NCBI GenBank assembly: GCA_013297865.1
Contig: JAAFIP010000015.1
Span: 31,359 to 95,358 of the forward strand
Reading direction: 5' to 3'
Length of the DNA stretch: 64,000 nucleotides
Source of the DNA: Polaromonas sp.
GTDB taxonomy: Bacteria; Pseudomonadota; Gammaproteobacteria; Burkholderiales; Burkholderiaceae_C
The position numbers and the translations under genes were made by a program. Shown here piece by piece: positions 8,454-17,272 of the stretch. The notes beneath the pieces are model-generated. The model searched no databases. It had not been told where the DNA came from and saw only the letters and a list, made by a program, of their open reading frames with translations. Each line of letters begins with the position of its first letter. The first letter of the stretch is position 1.

Positions 8454-9905
8454 TCAGGGCGTCTGGCCAAGCAGCGCGTCGCGCAGCTCCCAGGGCCAAT
8501 GCGCTGTGTAGCCCTCAGCCTGCAGCTCATGCAGGACGCTCTGGGCTTGCCCGCGCAGCAGTTCTGTCATCTGGCCGCAGACCATGCTGACAGCTTTGCG
8601 CTGCGCCAGGCCCTGCATATGGGTGTGTGCAAAGCGCAGATATAAAGTCCAGCCAATCGCTACCTGGCGCACATCGCCGCATTCTTTTAAGCGTTGGATG
8701 GCCTGTTGGTAGAAGGTTTCGCTGGCGGGATTGCTGCCGTCGACTTCCTGTGCCAGCGGGTCGTGGTACTCGATAGCTGACAGGCTGGCGTGGTGGTCCA
8801 GCCAGAAGTTGCCCAGAAAGATATATTCCCACGCGCTGTCTCGGGCTGCTTCCAGTTTGTCAGAGTAGGCCAGCGTCAGCCGGTGCCAGCGAAACACCTG
8901 CTGCAGGCTGGGCGCACCTTCCATCGCCAGGCCATAGACACTTTGCAGATGGAAAGCCAGATTGGCCACATAGGCCTGCAGGCGGTCCCAGTCTCGCTGC
9001 CACAGGCCCAGATAGATGGCGCAGTCGAAATGCTGCAGCGCATCGGTGTGCAGTGCGGCGGGCGTGTCGGTGCCATCGCCGAGTGTTGACAGCCCCAGCA
9101 GCTTTCTGCGCGTGACCAGCGCGCGCAAGTTGTGCCACTCCGCCTGGGTGCGCCAGTCGGTGCCCAGTGTGGGGGGCAGCTGCGTCACGGTATGCCATAG
9201 CGTAGCCGCTGCGCTGGCGGGCGCCTCGTCGTAGGCAATGCGCTGCAAGAAAAAGCTGGCATGCGCCTGCAGGCTAGGGTCTGCAGGCGTCTGCACGGCC
9301 AAGGCGCGCAGCGCCAGATCGCGCGCCGCATCAAAATGCCCCAGCCGTTTGTGCCACATGGCCTCACGCAGCCAGACGGTGCAGCGCGCCTCGGTGGTGA
9401 TCGGGCGGGCGTAGATGGGCTGCAGCGCCTCAATAGCGCTGCGGTAGCTGCCGTGCACTGCAAACCCATCGCTGATCAACAGGTCGGTCACCGTGGCGTG
9501 CAGCTGGTCGATGCAGGGCGTTTGCAGCAGGCGGGGGTAATTCGTTGGCGTCTGCGCTGCGCCCACGACGGAAAAAGTCACAGGTGACTGGTAGCTCATA
9601 TGCCACGGCCCTACCGTGCCCTTGCGTGGCGCTGATGCAAGGCGCAAAGGCTGCCCGGGCAGGGCGGCCAGAAAACTGTGGATGTTGGTCAGGATGCGCT
9701 GCAGCTGCATTCGGTTCAGCGGTTTGAGCTGGCCGTGCTGCTGCAGCGCATGCTGCAGGCTGCTGGCACTCAAAGCCTGTGTGGCCTGCGCAGCCTGCAG
9801 CAGCAGGGCCAGCACCCGTGCCTCCCAGCGCCGGTTGAAGCGGTGCCGCTCTCCGTCGAGCACAGAGACCTGGTTGAGCTGCTCGTCAATGAACAAATGC
9901 GTCAT
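8454..9905 (-). CDS. hypothetical protein, possible winged-helix N-terminus plus helical-repeat C-terminus
   Basis: 483-aa ORF with an ATG start. The N-terminal about 90 aa loosely fit an OmpR/CadC-type wHTH pattern ('VLDGERHRF...VLALLL...LNRMQLQRILTNIHSFL'). The remainder is helical and Trp/Leu-rich (TPR-like). Function not recognised. Confidence 0.6.
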   Translation of the reverse strand: MTHLFIDEQLNQVSVLDGERHRFNRRWEARVLALLLQAAQATQALSASSLQHALQQHGQLKPLNRMQLQRILTNIHSFLAALPGQPLRLASAPRKGTVGPWHMSYQSPVTFSVVGAAQTPTNYPRLLQTPCIDQLHATVTDLLISDGFAVHGSYRSAIEALQPIYARPITTEARCTVWLREAMWHKRLGHFDAARDLALRALAVQTPADPSLQAHASFFLQRIAYDEAPASAAATLWHTVTQLPPTLGTDWRTQAEWHNLRALVTRRKLLGLSTLGDGTDTPAALHTDALQHFDCAIYLGLWQRDWDRLQAYVANLAFHLQSVYGLAMEGAPSLQQVFRWHRLTLAYSDKLEAARDSAWEYIFLGNFWLDHHASLSAIEYHDPLAQEVDGSNPASETFYQQAIQRLKECGDVRQVAIGWTLYLRFAHTHMQGLAQRKAVSMVCGQMTELLRGQAQSVLHELQAEGYTAHWPWELRDALLGQTP

Positions 9906-10058
9906 GTTGTTGGTTTTTATTTTCAGCAGCCCGCCATGGATCGCGACGGTGTCTGTGCCTCGTCCTCAAGCGTGACACAGAATCAAGCGGGATTAATTCA
10001 CACAATCCGAAAATCAGGGCTATGCACGGCGCAGACACGTTGCAACGATAATAGAGCC

Positions 10059-10547
10059 ATGTTTAAACCATCAAAACGGCCTCCAGACCAATGGAATATC
10101 GCGGGAGCAGCTATTATTTTTATAGTGTTTTCTGCGCTGATGGCACTGGCTGCCTGCACTCCTGCGTTCAACTGGCGCGAGGTGGGGTTTGAGGGGCTGC
10201 CGGTCAATGCGCTGCTGCCCTGCAAGCCCGACCGTGGCCAGCGCATGGTGCCGCTGGCGGCCCTGGGCGGTGCACAGCGCCCGATGGTGATGGCCGGTTG
10301 TGAGGCCGGCGGCGCCACCTTCACCGTGGCCGTGCTCAATGTGCAGGACGCTGCCAAGGTGCAGGCGGTCAAGGCCGAGCTGGGCGCACTCAGCAAGGCC
10401 AGCCAGAGCCAGTATTTCACCCATGGCGCACTCGTGGTGCAGGCGGCGGTGTACGGCACGCCCAGCGCCGAGCGCGACGGCCCGGGCGCGCTGAGCACGC
10501 AGGCGCTGGAGACGTTTTTCACCGGAGTGAAGGTGGCGGGGCTATGA
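10059..10547 (+). CDS. small lipoprotein, unknown function
   Basis: 'MFKPSKRPPDQWNIAGAAIIFIVFSALMALAAC' is a signal peptide plus lipobox. The stop overlaps the MFS start (ATGA). The part of the ORF-track ORF upstream of 10059 is antisense to the previous gene. Repeat copy 3 forms part of the signal peptide. Confidence 0.6.
   Translation: MFKPSKRPPDQWNIAGAAIIFIVFSALMALAACTPAFNWREVGFEGLPVNALLPCKPDRGQRMVPLAALGGAQRPMVMAGCEAGGATFTVAVLNVQDAAKVQAVKAELGALSKASQSQYFTHGALVVQAAVYGTPSAERDGPGALSTQALETFFTGVKVAGL
10081..10127 (+). repeat. dispersed repeat copy 3 (subfamily A), inside lipoprotein signal-peptide coding region
   Basis: 'CCAATGGAATATCGCGGGAGCAGCTATTATTTTTATAG', translated as 'QWNIAGAAIIFIV'. 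Confidence 0.9.
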
Positions 10548-11809
10548 GCGGCCCGCTGCGGGCACACACCCTGCCGCGCGCTCTGGCGGTGCAGGTGTTT
10601 TTGGCGTTTGCGCTGGCGTATTTTCTGTCGGCCCTGGTGCGCGCCATCACGGCCACGCTGTCACCCGTGCTGCGCGCCGAGTTTGCGCTCTCCTCGGGCG
10701 ATCTGGGGCTGCTGGCCGGGGGCTATTTTCTGGGCTTTGCGCTCACGCAGCTGCCGCTGGGCAAATGGCTTGATACCCATGGGCCCCGCAAGGTGATTTT
10801 GTGTTTTCTCAGCGTCGCGGTGCTGGGCTGCCTGGCGTTTGCCATGGCGCCGAACTTCACCGGCCTGCTGGCCGCGCGGGTGCTGTGCGGTGTGGGCGTG
10901 AGCGCCTGCCTGATGGCCCCGCTGACGGCCTATCGCCGCTGGTTCCAGCCCGAGATGCAGCTGCGCGCCAACTCGTGGATGCTGATGACCGGCTCGCTGG
11001 GCATGGTGGCGTCCACCCTGCCAGTGCAGTGGCTGCTGCCGCAGCTGGGCTGGCGGCCTATCTTTGCGGCGCTGGCGCTGCTGATGGCGGTGTCCATCAT
11101 CGTGCTGGCCTGGCGCCTACCTGCCTGGCCCGCCCTGCACGCAGCCGACCCCACCGCCCCTGCAGCGGACGACGGTGGCTACCGCGCCATCTGGCAGCAC
11201 CCGTACTTTCGCCGCCATCTGTGGGCGGGCTTTTTCAACTATGGCGGCCTGCTGGCCGTGCAGACCCTGTGGGCCGGGCCCTGGCTGGTACAGGTCAGTG
11301 GCTACACACCCGCCCAGGCGGCCACCGGGCTGTTCTGGATCAATGTGTGCATGCTGTGCACCTTCTGGACCTGGGGTCTGCTTAACCCCGCGCTGGCGCG
11401 CCGCGGCTGGCATGCCGACTGGCTGATCGCCCGCGGCGCACCAATCAGCCTGATCGTACTTGCTATGATTTGCATAGCTGGCCCCGCGACCCAATGGTGG
11501 GCCTGGGCGCTGTTTTGCATGGGCTGCAGCTTCATGTCCCTGGCCCAGCCGGCCGTGGGCATGGCCTTTCCCCAGGCGCTGGCGGGCCGCGCCCTGAGTG
11601 CCTACAACCTGGTGATTTTCAGCGGCGTGTTTGCCGTGCAGTGGGGCATTGGCCTGCTGATTGACCTGTTCACCACACGCGGCATGGCCACCGCAGATGC
11701 CTTCCGCGCCGCGCTGGGCGTGTTTTTTATCTGCAGCCTGGCGTCGTATCTGCGATTTGTTTTGGATAATAAGACCATCTCACCTGCCAGACTCCACACC
11801 GCCGCATGA
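10544..11809 (+). CDS. MFS transporter
   Basis: 421 aa with about 12 predicted hydrophobic spans and an MFS-type 'GKWLDTHGPRKV' loop motif between TM2 and TM3. Confidence 0.85.
   Translation: MSGPLRAHTLPRALAVQVFLAFALAYFLSALVRAITATLSPVLRAEFALSSGDLGLLAGGYFLGFALTQLPLGKWLDTHGPRKVILCFLSVAVLGCLAFAMAPNFTGLLAARVLCGVGVSACLMAPLTAYRRWFQPEMQLRANSWMLMTGSLGMVASTLPVQWLLPQLGWRPIFAALALLMAVSIIVLAWRLPAWPALHAADPTAPAADDGGYRAIWQHPYFRRHLWAGFFNYGGLLAVQTLWAGPWLVQVSGYTPAQAATGLFWINVCMLCTFWTWGLLNPALARRGWHADWLIARGAPISLIVLAMICIAGPATQWWAWALFCMGCSFMSLAQPAVGMAFPQALAGRALSAYNLVIFSGVFAVQWGIGLLIDLFTTRGMATADAFRAALGVFFICSLASYLRFVLDNKTISPARLHTAA
11462..11506 (-). repeat. dispersed repeat copy 4 (diverged), inside MFS gene
   Basis: 'GCTATGATTTGCATAGCTGGCCCCGCGACCCAATGGTGGGCCTG'. 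The core has several substitutions and is translated as 'LAMICIAGPATQWW'. Confidence 0.6.
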
Positions 11810-12249
11810 ACCACATCGTCATCATCGCCCACGCACCGCTGGCCTCGGCCCTGCGCAGCTGCGCGCTGCATGTGTTTCCCGATTGCGGCGAGTCGGTCAC
11901 CGCCTTGGACGTGCAGCCCAATACGCCGCCCGAAGAAACCGTGGCCATGGCGCGCATCATGCTGGCCCAGCGCAGCGCCCCCAGCGCCCTGCTGCTGGCC
12001 GACATCTTCGGCGCAACGCCCTCCAACGTCGCGCGCGAGCTGGCCGACGGCGTCAACACCAAGCTGATCACCGGCGTCAACCTGCCCATGCTGCTGCGTG
12101 CCATCACCTACCGCCACGAAAGCCTGGACGCGCTGGTCGCCCGCGCGCTGGCTGGTGGCGCACAAGGGGTCATGCAGGTGGCAGTCACCGCCCCACAAAA
12201 CCAAGCCAAAAAAGCCCATGATCCAGACCACCATCACCATCAGCAATAA
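11806..12249 (+). CDS. PTS EIIA component, mannose/fructose family
   Basis: 'MNHIVIIAHAPLASALRSCALHVFPD' is the typical EIIA(Man) N-terminus with the phospho-His region. It has an ATGA overlap with the MFS stop, and its 3' end overlaps ptsH by 32 nt. Confidence 0.85.
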   Translation: MNHIVIIAHAPLASALRSCALHVFPDCGESVTALDVQPNTPPEETVAMARIMLAQRSAPSALLLADIFGATPSNVARELADGVNTKLITGVNLPMLLRAITYRHESLDALVARALAGGAQGVMQVAVTAPQNQAKKAHDPDHHHHQQ

Positions 12250-12487
12250 ACTCGGCCTGCATGCCCGGGCCTCAGCCAAGCTCACCAAGCTGGCGGGCAG
12301 TTTTCCGTGCGAAGTGTGGATGGCCCGCGGCGAGCGGCGCGTCAACGCCAAGTCCATCATGGGCGTGATGATGCTGGCCGCAGGCATCGGCGTGGACGTC
12401 ATGGTCGAAACTAACGGTGCGCAAGAGCAGGAGGCGATGGACGCGCTGATTGCACTGATCAACGACAAGTTTGGTGAGGGCGAGTAA
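12218..12487 (+). CDS. ptsH: phosphocarrier protein HPr
   Basis: 'MIQTTITISNKLGLHARASAKL' carries the HPr active-site His context (GLHARA); 89 aa. Confidence 0.9.
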   Translation: MIQTTITISNKLGLHARASAKLTKLAGSFPCEVWMARGERRVNAKSIMGVMMLAAGIGVDVMVETNGAQEQEAMDALIALINDKFGEGE

Positions 12488-12546
12488 ATGAGCCCGCGCG
12501 CCACCTGCTGCACCATGCTCCTGCCAGACTGCGGGGCCAAGCAGCC

Positions 12547-14334
12547 ATGACCTTTTCCATCCACGGTCTTGCGGTCTCGCGCGGCATCGCCATCGGGCGG
12601 GCCGTGCTGGTGGCCTCCAGCCGCATGGATGTGGCCCACTACTTCATCAAGACCGAACAGATCGACGACGAGCTGCTGCGCGTGCGCCATGCCAAAGACG
12701 CGGTGGTGGGCGAGCTGATCAAGCTGCAGCACTCCCTGGTGGGCAAAGACGCCAAAGACGCCCCCGCCGAGCTCACCGCGCTGCTGGATGTGCACCAGAT
12801 GCTGCTGCAGGACCAGACCCTGCAGGACGGTGTGACCCACTGGATCAAAGACCGCCTGTACAACGCCGAGTGGGCGCTGACCACCCAGCTGGAGGTGGTT
12901 TCGCGCCAGTTTGACGAGATGGAGGACGAATACCTGCGCGAGCGCAAAGCCGACCTGGAGCAGGTGGTTGAGCGGGTGCTGCGCGTGATGAAGGGCGTGG
13001 CCTCGCCCATTGCCTCACCGCCGCCGCCCAGAAAGCGCCAAGGCGGCCAGCAGGACCTGCTGCCCACCGACGCGCAGGACGTGCCCCTGATCCTGATTGC
13101 GCACGACCTGAACCCTGCCGACATGCTGCAGTTCAAAACCAGCGTGTTTGCAGGCTTTGTCACCGACGTGGGCGGCAAAACCTCGCACACCGCCATCGTC
13201 GCGCGCAGTATGGACATCCCCGCCGTGGTGGGCGCGCGCACCGCCAGCCAGCTGGTGCGCCAGGACGACTGGATCATTGTGGACGGCGACGCAGGCATCA
13301 TGGTGGTTGATCCCTCGCCCATCATCCTGGCCGAATACGGCTTCAAGCAGCGCCAGGGCGAGCTCGAGCGCGAGCGTCTGGCGCGGCTGCTGCACACGCC
13401 TGCGGTCACGCTGGACGGCCAGAAAATCGAGCTGCTGGCCAATATCGAAATGCCCGAAGACGCGGCGCCCGCGCTGGCCGCAGGGGCCGTGGGCGTGGGC
13501 TTGTTTCGCAGCGAGTTCCTCTTCATGGGCCGTGCTGGCAAGCTGCCCAACGAAGACGAGCAGTACGCCGCCTATGTGCGCGCGGTCGAGGGCATGCAAG
13601 GCCTGCCGGTCACCATTCGCACGGTTGATGTGGGCGCTGACAAGCCGCTGGACGGCCACGGCGACAAAAGCAGCGACAAAGGCCACAGCCATATCAACCC
13701 CGCGCTAGGCCTGCGCGCTATCCGCTGGAGCCTGGCCGAGCCGGCCATGTTCCGCACCCAGCTGCGCGCCATCCTGCGCGCAGCGGCGCATGGCCAAGTC
13801 AATCTGCTGATCCCCATGCTCAGTGCCGCCAGCGAAATCCGCCAGACCCTGCGCCAGCTGGACCTGGCCCGCGCCGAGCTGGACAACCGCGGCGCGGCCT
13901 ATGGCAATGTACGGCTGGGCGCCATGATCGAGATCCCCGCCGCCGCGCTGTCGCTGCCCGTCTTTCTGAAATATTTCGACTTCCTGTCCATCGGCACCAA
14001 TGACCTGATCCAGTACACCCTGGCGATCGACCGTGCGGACGAAACCGTGGCCCACCTGTATGACCCGCTGCACCCGGCCGTGCTACAGCTGATCGCGCAG
14101 ACCATCGCTGCCTGCAACGCCCAAGGCAAGGGCGTCAGCGTCTGCGGCGAGATGGCGGGCGACACTGGCATGACCCGCCTGCTACTAGGTATGGGCCTGC
14201 GCACCTTCTCCATGCATCCTGCCCAGATACTGGCCGTCAAACAGGAGGTGCTGCGCGCCGACGCAGCCAAGCTCCAGACCCTGGCGGGCCGCGTGCTGGT
14301 GGCGGATGACCCCGCGGCCGAATTGGCAGGATAG
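12547..14334 (+). CDS. ptsI: phosphoenolpyruvate-protein phosphotransferase (Enzyme I)
   Basis: The phospho-His motif 'GGKTSHTAIVARSMDIPAVVG' and the C-terminal PEP-utilising domain 'SIGTNDLIQYTLAIDR'; 595 aa. Confidence 0.95.
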   Translation: MTFSIHGLAVSRGIAIGRAVLVASSRMDVAHYFIKTEQIDDELLRVRHAKDAVVGELIKLQHSLVGKDAKDAPAELTALLDVHQMLLQDQTLQDGVTHWIKDRLYNAEWALTTQLEVVSRQFDEMEDEYLRERKADLEQVVERVLRVMKGVASPIASPPPPRKRQGGQQDLLPTDAQDVPLILIAHDLNPADMLQFKTSVFAGFVTDVGGKTSHTAIVARSMDIPAVVGARTASQLVRQDDWIIVDGDAGIMVVDPSPIILAEYGFKQRQGELERERLARLLHTPAVTLDGQKIELLANIEMPEDAAPALAAGAVGVGLFRSEFLFMGRAGKLPNEDEQYAAYVRAVEGMQGLPVTIRTVDVGADKPLDGHGDKSSDKGHSHINPALGLRAIRWSLAEPAMFRTQLRAILRAAAHGQVNLLIPMLSAASEIRQTLRQLDLARAELDNRGAAYGNVRLGAMIEIPAAALSLPVFLKYFDFLSIGTNDLIQYTLAIDRADETVAHLYDPLHPAVLQLIAQTIAACNAQGKGVSVCGEMAGDTGMTRLLLGMGLRTFSMHPAQILAVKQEVLRADAAKLQTLAGRVLVADDPAAELAG

Positions 14335-14336
14335 TT

Positions 14337-14382
14337 GCTATTTATTTAATAGCTGTCCCCGCGACATTCTATTGGCCTGAGG
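14337..14382 (-). repeat. dispersed repeat copy 5 (subfamily A), intergenic after ptsI
   Basis: 'GCTATTTATTTAATAGCTGTCCCCGCGACATTCTATTGGCCTGAGG', starting 3 nt after the ptsI stop. Confidence 0.85.
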
Positions 14383-14411
14383 CACTTATTTACTAATAAA
14401 AAGCGGCTTGT

Positions 14412-14431
14412 GACGGCTTGCTGAAGCCGTC
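14412..14431 (+). terminator. stem-loop downstream of ptsI (weak T tract)
   Basis: GACGGCTT-gctg-AAGCCGTC is a perfect 8-bp stem, followed by TCTCTAC. Confidence 0.35.
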
Positions 14432-14528
14432 TCTACAGCCGCCACACAGCCGTTGGATGAACGCCACCCACATGCCGCCTAAGTAATCCACGCAGCCCCT
14501 GCACAGCGCCGCCTGCGACAATATCGCC

Positions 14529-14948
14529 ATGAAATTGCAAACTCCTTTTCTCTGGGCCGTGGGGGCCTTGCTGGTTGCCCTGGCCTACCAGCGCTTTGGC
14601 TGGGCTGGCGTGGCGCTGGTGGCGGGCGGCATCGTGTTTTGGATGCTGCTGCACTTCACCCGCATGATGACGGTGCTCCGGCGTGCGGCCAACGCACCAA
14701 TGGGCCATGTGGCCAGCGCCGTCATGCTCAACGCCAAGCTCAAGACTGGCGTGACCCTGCTGCATGTCACCGCGATGACCCGCAGCCTGGGCGCGCTGCA
14801 AAGCGACAAGGACGCCCAGCCTGAGGTCTACCGCTGGACAGATACCGGCGGCTCCCATGTCACCTGCACCTTCGCGGGCGGCAAATTGACGCATTACGTG
14901 CTGTGGCGGCCCGAGCAGGTGGTACAGGCCGAGCCCGGCGGCGCGTAA
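14529..14948 (+). CDS. hypothetical small membrane protein (2 TM)
   Basis: ATG start, two N-terminal hydrophobic helices, and codon usage like the neighbouring genes. No family recognised. Confidence 0.5.
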   Translation: MKLQTPFLWAVGALLVALAYQRFGWAGVALVAGGIVFWMLLHFTRMMTVLRRAANAPMGHVASAVMLNAKLKTGVTLLHVTAMTRSLGALQSDKDAQPEVYRWTDTGGSHVTCTFAGGKLTHYVLWRPEQVVQAEPGGA

Positions 14949-14993
14949 AATCAGGGGTTTTGACACTTCATCAGCCCCACACAAGGAACTCGC

Positions 14994-15935
14994 ATGGCAA
15001 CCCAAGCCCCCAGCATGTCGGACCGCGACGGCAAAATTTGGATGGACGGCCTGATGGTCGAATGGCGCGACGCCAAGATCCACGTGCTCACCCACACCCT
15101 GCACTATGGCTGCGGCGCGTTTGAAGGCGTGCGCGCCTACCACCTGCAGGACGGCAGCACCGGCATCTTCCGTTTGGAAGAGCACACCGAGCGCCTGTTC
15201 AACAGCGCCAAAATTTTGCGCATGAAAATTCCGTTCACCAAAGAACAGGTCATGCAGGCCCAACTGGACGTCGTGCGCGCCAACAAGCTGCCCAGCTGCT
15301 ATATCCGGCCCTTGACCTGGATTGGCGACAAAAAGCTCGGCGTGTCTCCCAAGGGCAACGACATCCACCTCATGGTGGCGGCCTGGGCCTGGGGCGCGTA
15401 CCTGGGCGACGAGGGCCTCAAGCGCGGCATCCGCGTCAAGACGAGCAGCTTCACGCGCCACCATGTCAACATCACCATGATCCATGCCAAGGCGGTGAGT
15501 AACTACACCAACTCGATTCTGGCCAACATGGAAGCCACCGACGAAGGCTACGACGAAGCCCTGCTGCTGGACCCACAGGGCTTTGTGTCCGAGGGCGCGG
15601 GCGAGAACGTGTTTGTGGTGCGCAAGGGCGTGGTCTACACGCCTGATTCAAGCGCAGGTGCATTGAACGGCATCACCCGCAACACGATTTTCTCCATCTG
15701 TAAAGATCTGGGGATTGATATCCGCGAAAAGCCGATCACCCGCGACGAAATCTACATCGCCGACGAAGCGTTTTTCAGCGGCACCGCCGCTGAAGTCACG
15801 CCGATTCGCGAGCTCGACCGCATCGAGATTGGCAGCGGCTCACGTGGCCCCATCACCGAAAAAATCCAGGCCGCGTTCTTTGACATCGTCAATGGCCGCA
15901 ATCCCAAATACGCCAGCTGGCTGAGCAAGGTTTGA
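14994..15935 (+). CDS. ilvE: branched-chain amino acid aminotransferase
   Basis: 'HVLTHTLHYGCGAFEGVRAY', 'EGAGENVF' and 'GITR' are class IV aminotransferase motifs; RBS 'aaggaa'; 313 aa. Confidence 0.95.
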   Translation: MATQAPSMSDRDGKIWMDGLMVEWRDAKIHVLTHTLHYGCGAFEGVRAYHLQDGSTGIFRLEEHTERLFNSAKILRMKIPFTKEQVMQAQLDVVRANKLPSCYIRPLTWIGDKKLGVSPKGNDIHLMVAAWAWGAYLGDEGLKRGIRVKTSSFTRHHVNITMIHAKAVSNYTNSILANMEATDEGYDEALLLDPQGFVSEGAGENVFVVRKGVVYTPDSSAGALNGITRNTIFSICKDLGIDIREKPITRDEIYIADEAFFSGTAAEVTPIRELDRIEIGSGSRGPITEKIQAAFFDIVNGRNPKYASWLSKV

Positions 15936-15945
15936 TGACTTTGCG

Positions 15946-15981
15946 GGACAGACCAACGAACAGCGCATCGTTGCTCTGTCC
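15946..15981 (+). other. extended stem-loop after ilvE (no T tract)
   Basis: GGACAGA..AACGA-loop-TCGTT..TCTGTCC; the two stem segments give 12 paired positions. Confidence 0.3.
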
Positions 15982-16001
15982 TCAACTGACTAAAGGAATG
16001 T

Positions 16002-16202
16002 ATGGCATCCATCGAACTCAAGGCCGCTGACCTCAACCCGCAGGGCGGCGTGTTCTGCCCCAATAAGCTGGCCGGTATGCAGCTGTGGAACTCCCATCCC
16101 CGCGTGTATCTGGACATCGCGAAGAACCACGAAGCCAAGTGCCCCTACTGCGGCACCGAGTATAAGCTCAAAGCTGGCGAGCACGTGGGTGGCCACCACT
16201 GA
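16002..16202 (+). CDS. zinc-finger (CHCC-type) domain protein
   Basis: 66 aa with 'CPNK...KCPYCGTEY'; RBS 'aaaggaa'. A small ORF of this kind is commonly found conserved upstream of waaF. Confidence 0.75.
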   Translation: MASIELKAADLNPQGGVFCPNKLAGMQLWNSHPRVYLDIAKNHEAKCPYCGTEYKLKAGEHVGGHH

Positions 16203-17238
16203 GTCTGGCGCGCTGCCGCGCACGAAGGCGACAGTGCGTGCGCTGGTGATTGCGCCGCAGTGGATTGGCGATGCGGTGATGACCGAGCCACTGCTGCGCC
16301 GCCTGCATGCGCGCGGCGAGCACATCACCGTGGGCGCCCTGCCTTGGGTGGCCCCAGTCTACCGCTGCATGCCCCAGGTGGAAGAGGTCATCGAGTTTCC
16401 GTTTGCGCACGGCGGCCTGCAGCTCAAGGCGCGCCGCACCATCGCGCAGCAGATTGAGGGCCGGTTCGATGTGGCCTATGTGCTGCCCAACTCGCTCAAG
16501 AGCGCCCTGCTGCCGCTGTTGGCCGGCATAGACAGGCGCGTAGGCTACATGGGCGAGGCGCGGGTGGGCTTGCTCACCCACCGGCTCAAAAACCCGCCCA
16601 AAGATAAACGCCCGCCGATGGTGGCGTTCTACTCGGCGCTTAGCGGCGACACAGAGGTGTCAGGCGACCGGCCGCATCTGCAGGTGAGCGAGGCCGACGT
16701 CGCGCAGACCCTGCAGGGTCTGCAGCTGCAACGCGGGCGCTACGCCGTCTTTGTGCCTGGCGCAGAATATGGCAGCGCCAAGCGCTGGCCTGCCGCGCAT
16801 TTTGCCGCCTTGGCGCGGCAGCAAGGTGTGCCTGTGCTGTTGCTGGGCTCAGGCAAAGATGCCGCCTTGTGCGAAGAGCTGGTAGCCATGGCGCCTGAGC
16901 AGTGCATCAGCCTGGCGGGCAAAACCTCGCTGATCCAGGCCATCCATGTGCTGGCAGCCAGCCGCTATGTTGTCACCAATGACTCCGGCTTGATGCATGT
17001 GGCCGCTGCGCTGGACGTGCCCCAGGTCGCACTGTTTGGCTCCAGCAGCCCATTGCACACACCACCGCTGAGCCAGGCTGCCCAGGTGCTGTGGCTCAAA
17101 AACGATCCCGCCTACCAACCCGCGCTCGACTGCGCCCCCTGCTTTGAGCGCGAGTGCCCGCTGGGCCATACCCGCTGCTTGCAGGACATAACATCTGAAC
17201 AGGTAATACAACGCATTCACGCGCTGGCATCTCAATAA
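16189..17238 (+). CDS. waaF: ADP-heptose:LPS heptosyltransferase II
   Basis: 'RALVIAPQWIGDAVMTEPLL' and 'VTNDSGLMHVAAAL' are GT9 family motifs. GTG start, exact start uncertain. Confidence 0.9.
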   Translation: MATTESGALPRTKATVRALVIAPQWIGDAVMTEPLLRRLHARGEHITVGALPWVAPVYRCMPQVEEVIEFPFAHGGLQLKARRTIAQQIEGRFDVAYVLPNSLKSALLPLLAGIDRRVGYMGEARVGLLTHRLKNPPKDKRPPMVAFYSALSGDTEVSGDRPHLQVSEADVAQTLQGLQLQRGRYAVFVPGAEYGSAKRWPAAHFAALARQQGVPVLLLGSGKDAALCEELVAMAPEQCISLAGKTSLIQAIHVLAASRYVVTNDSGLMHVAAALDVPQVALFGSSSPLHTPPLSQAAQVLWLKNDPAYQPALDCAPCFERECPLGHTRCLQDITSEQVIQRIHALASQ

Positions 17239-17272
17239 ATTGCGCAAGCCACTGCACCGTTATGATGCCACC

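Noticed and set aside
9678-10058. Upstream extension of the lipoprotein ORF (the ORF track starts at 9678)
   Set aside because: - The extension overlaps the 5' end of the divergent 483-aa gene.
- It precedes a clean Met plus signal peptide plus lipobox at 10059.
11602-12840. 412-aa minus-strand ORF. The 350-aa minus-strand ORF at 14433-15485 is of the same kind.
   Set aside because: They are antisense to EIIA/ptsH/ptsI and to ilvE respectively, with shadow-frame composition.
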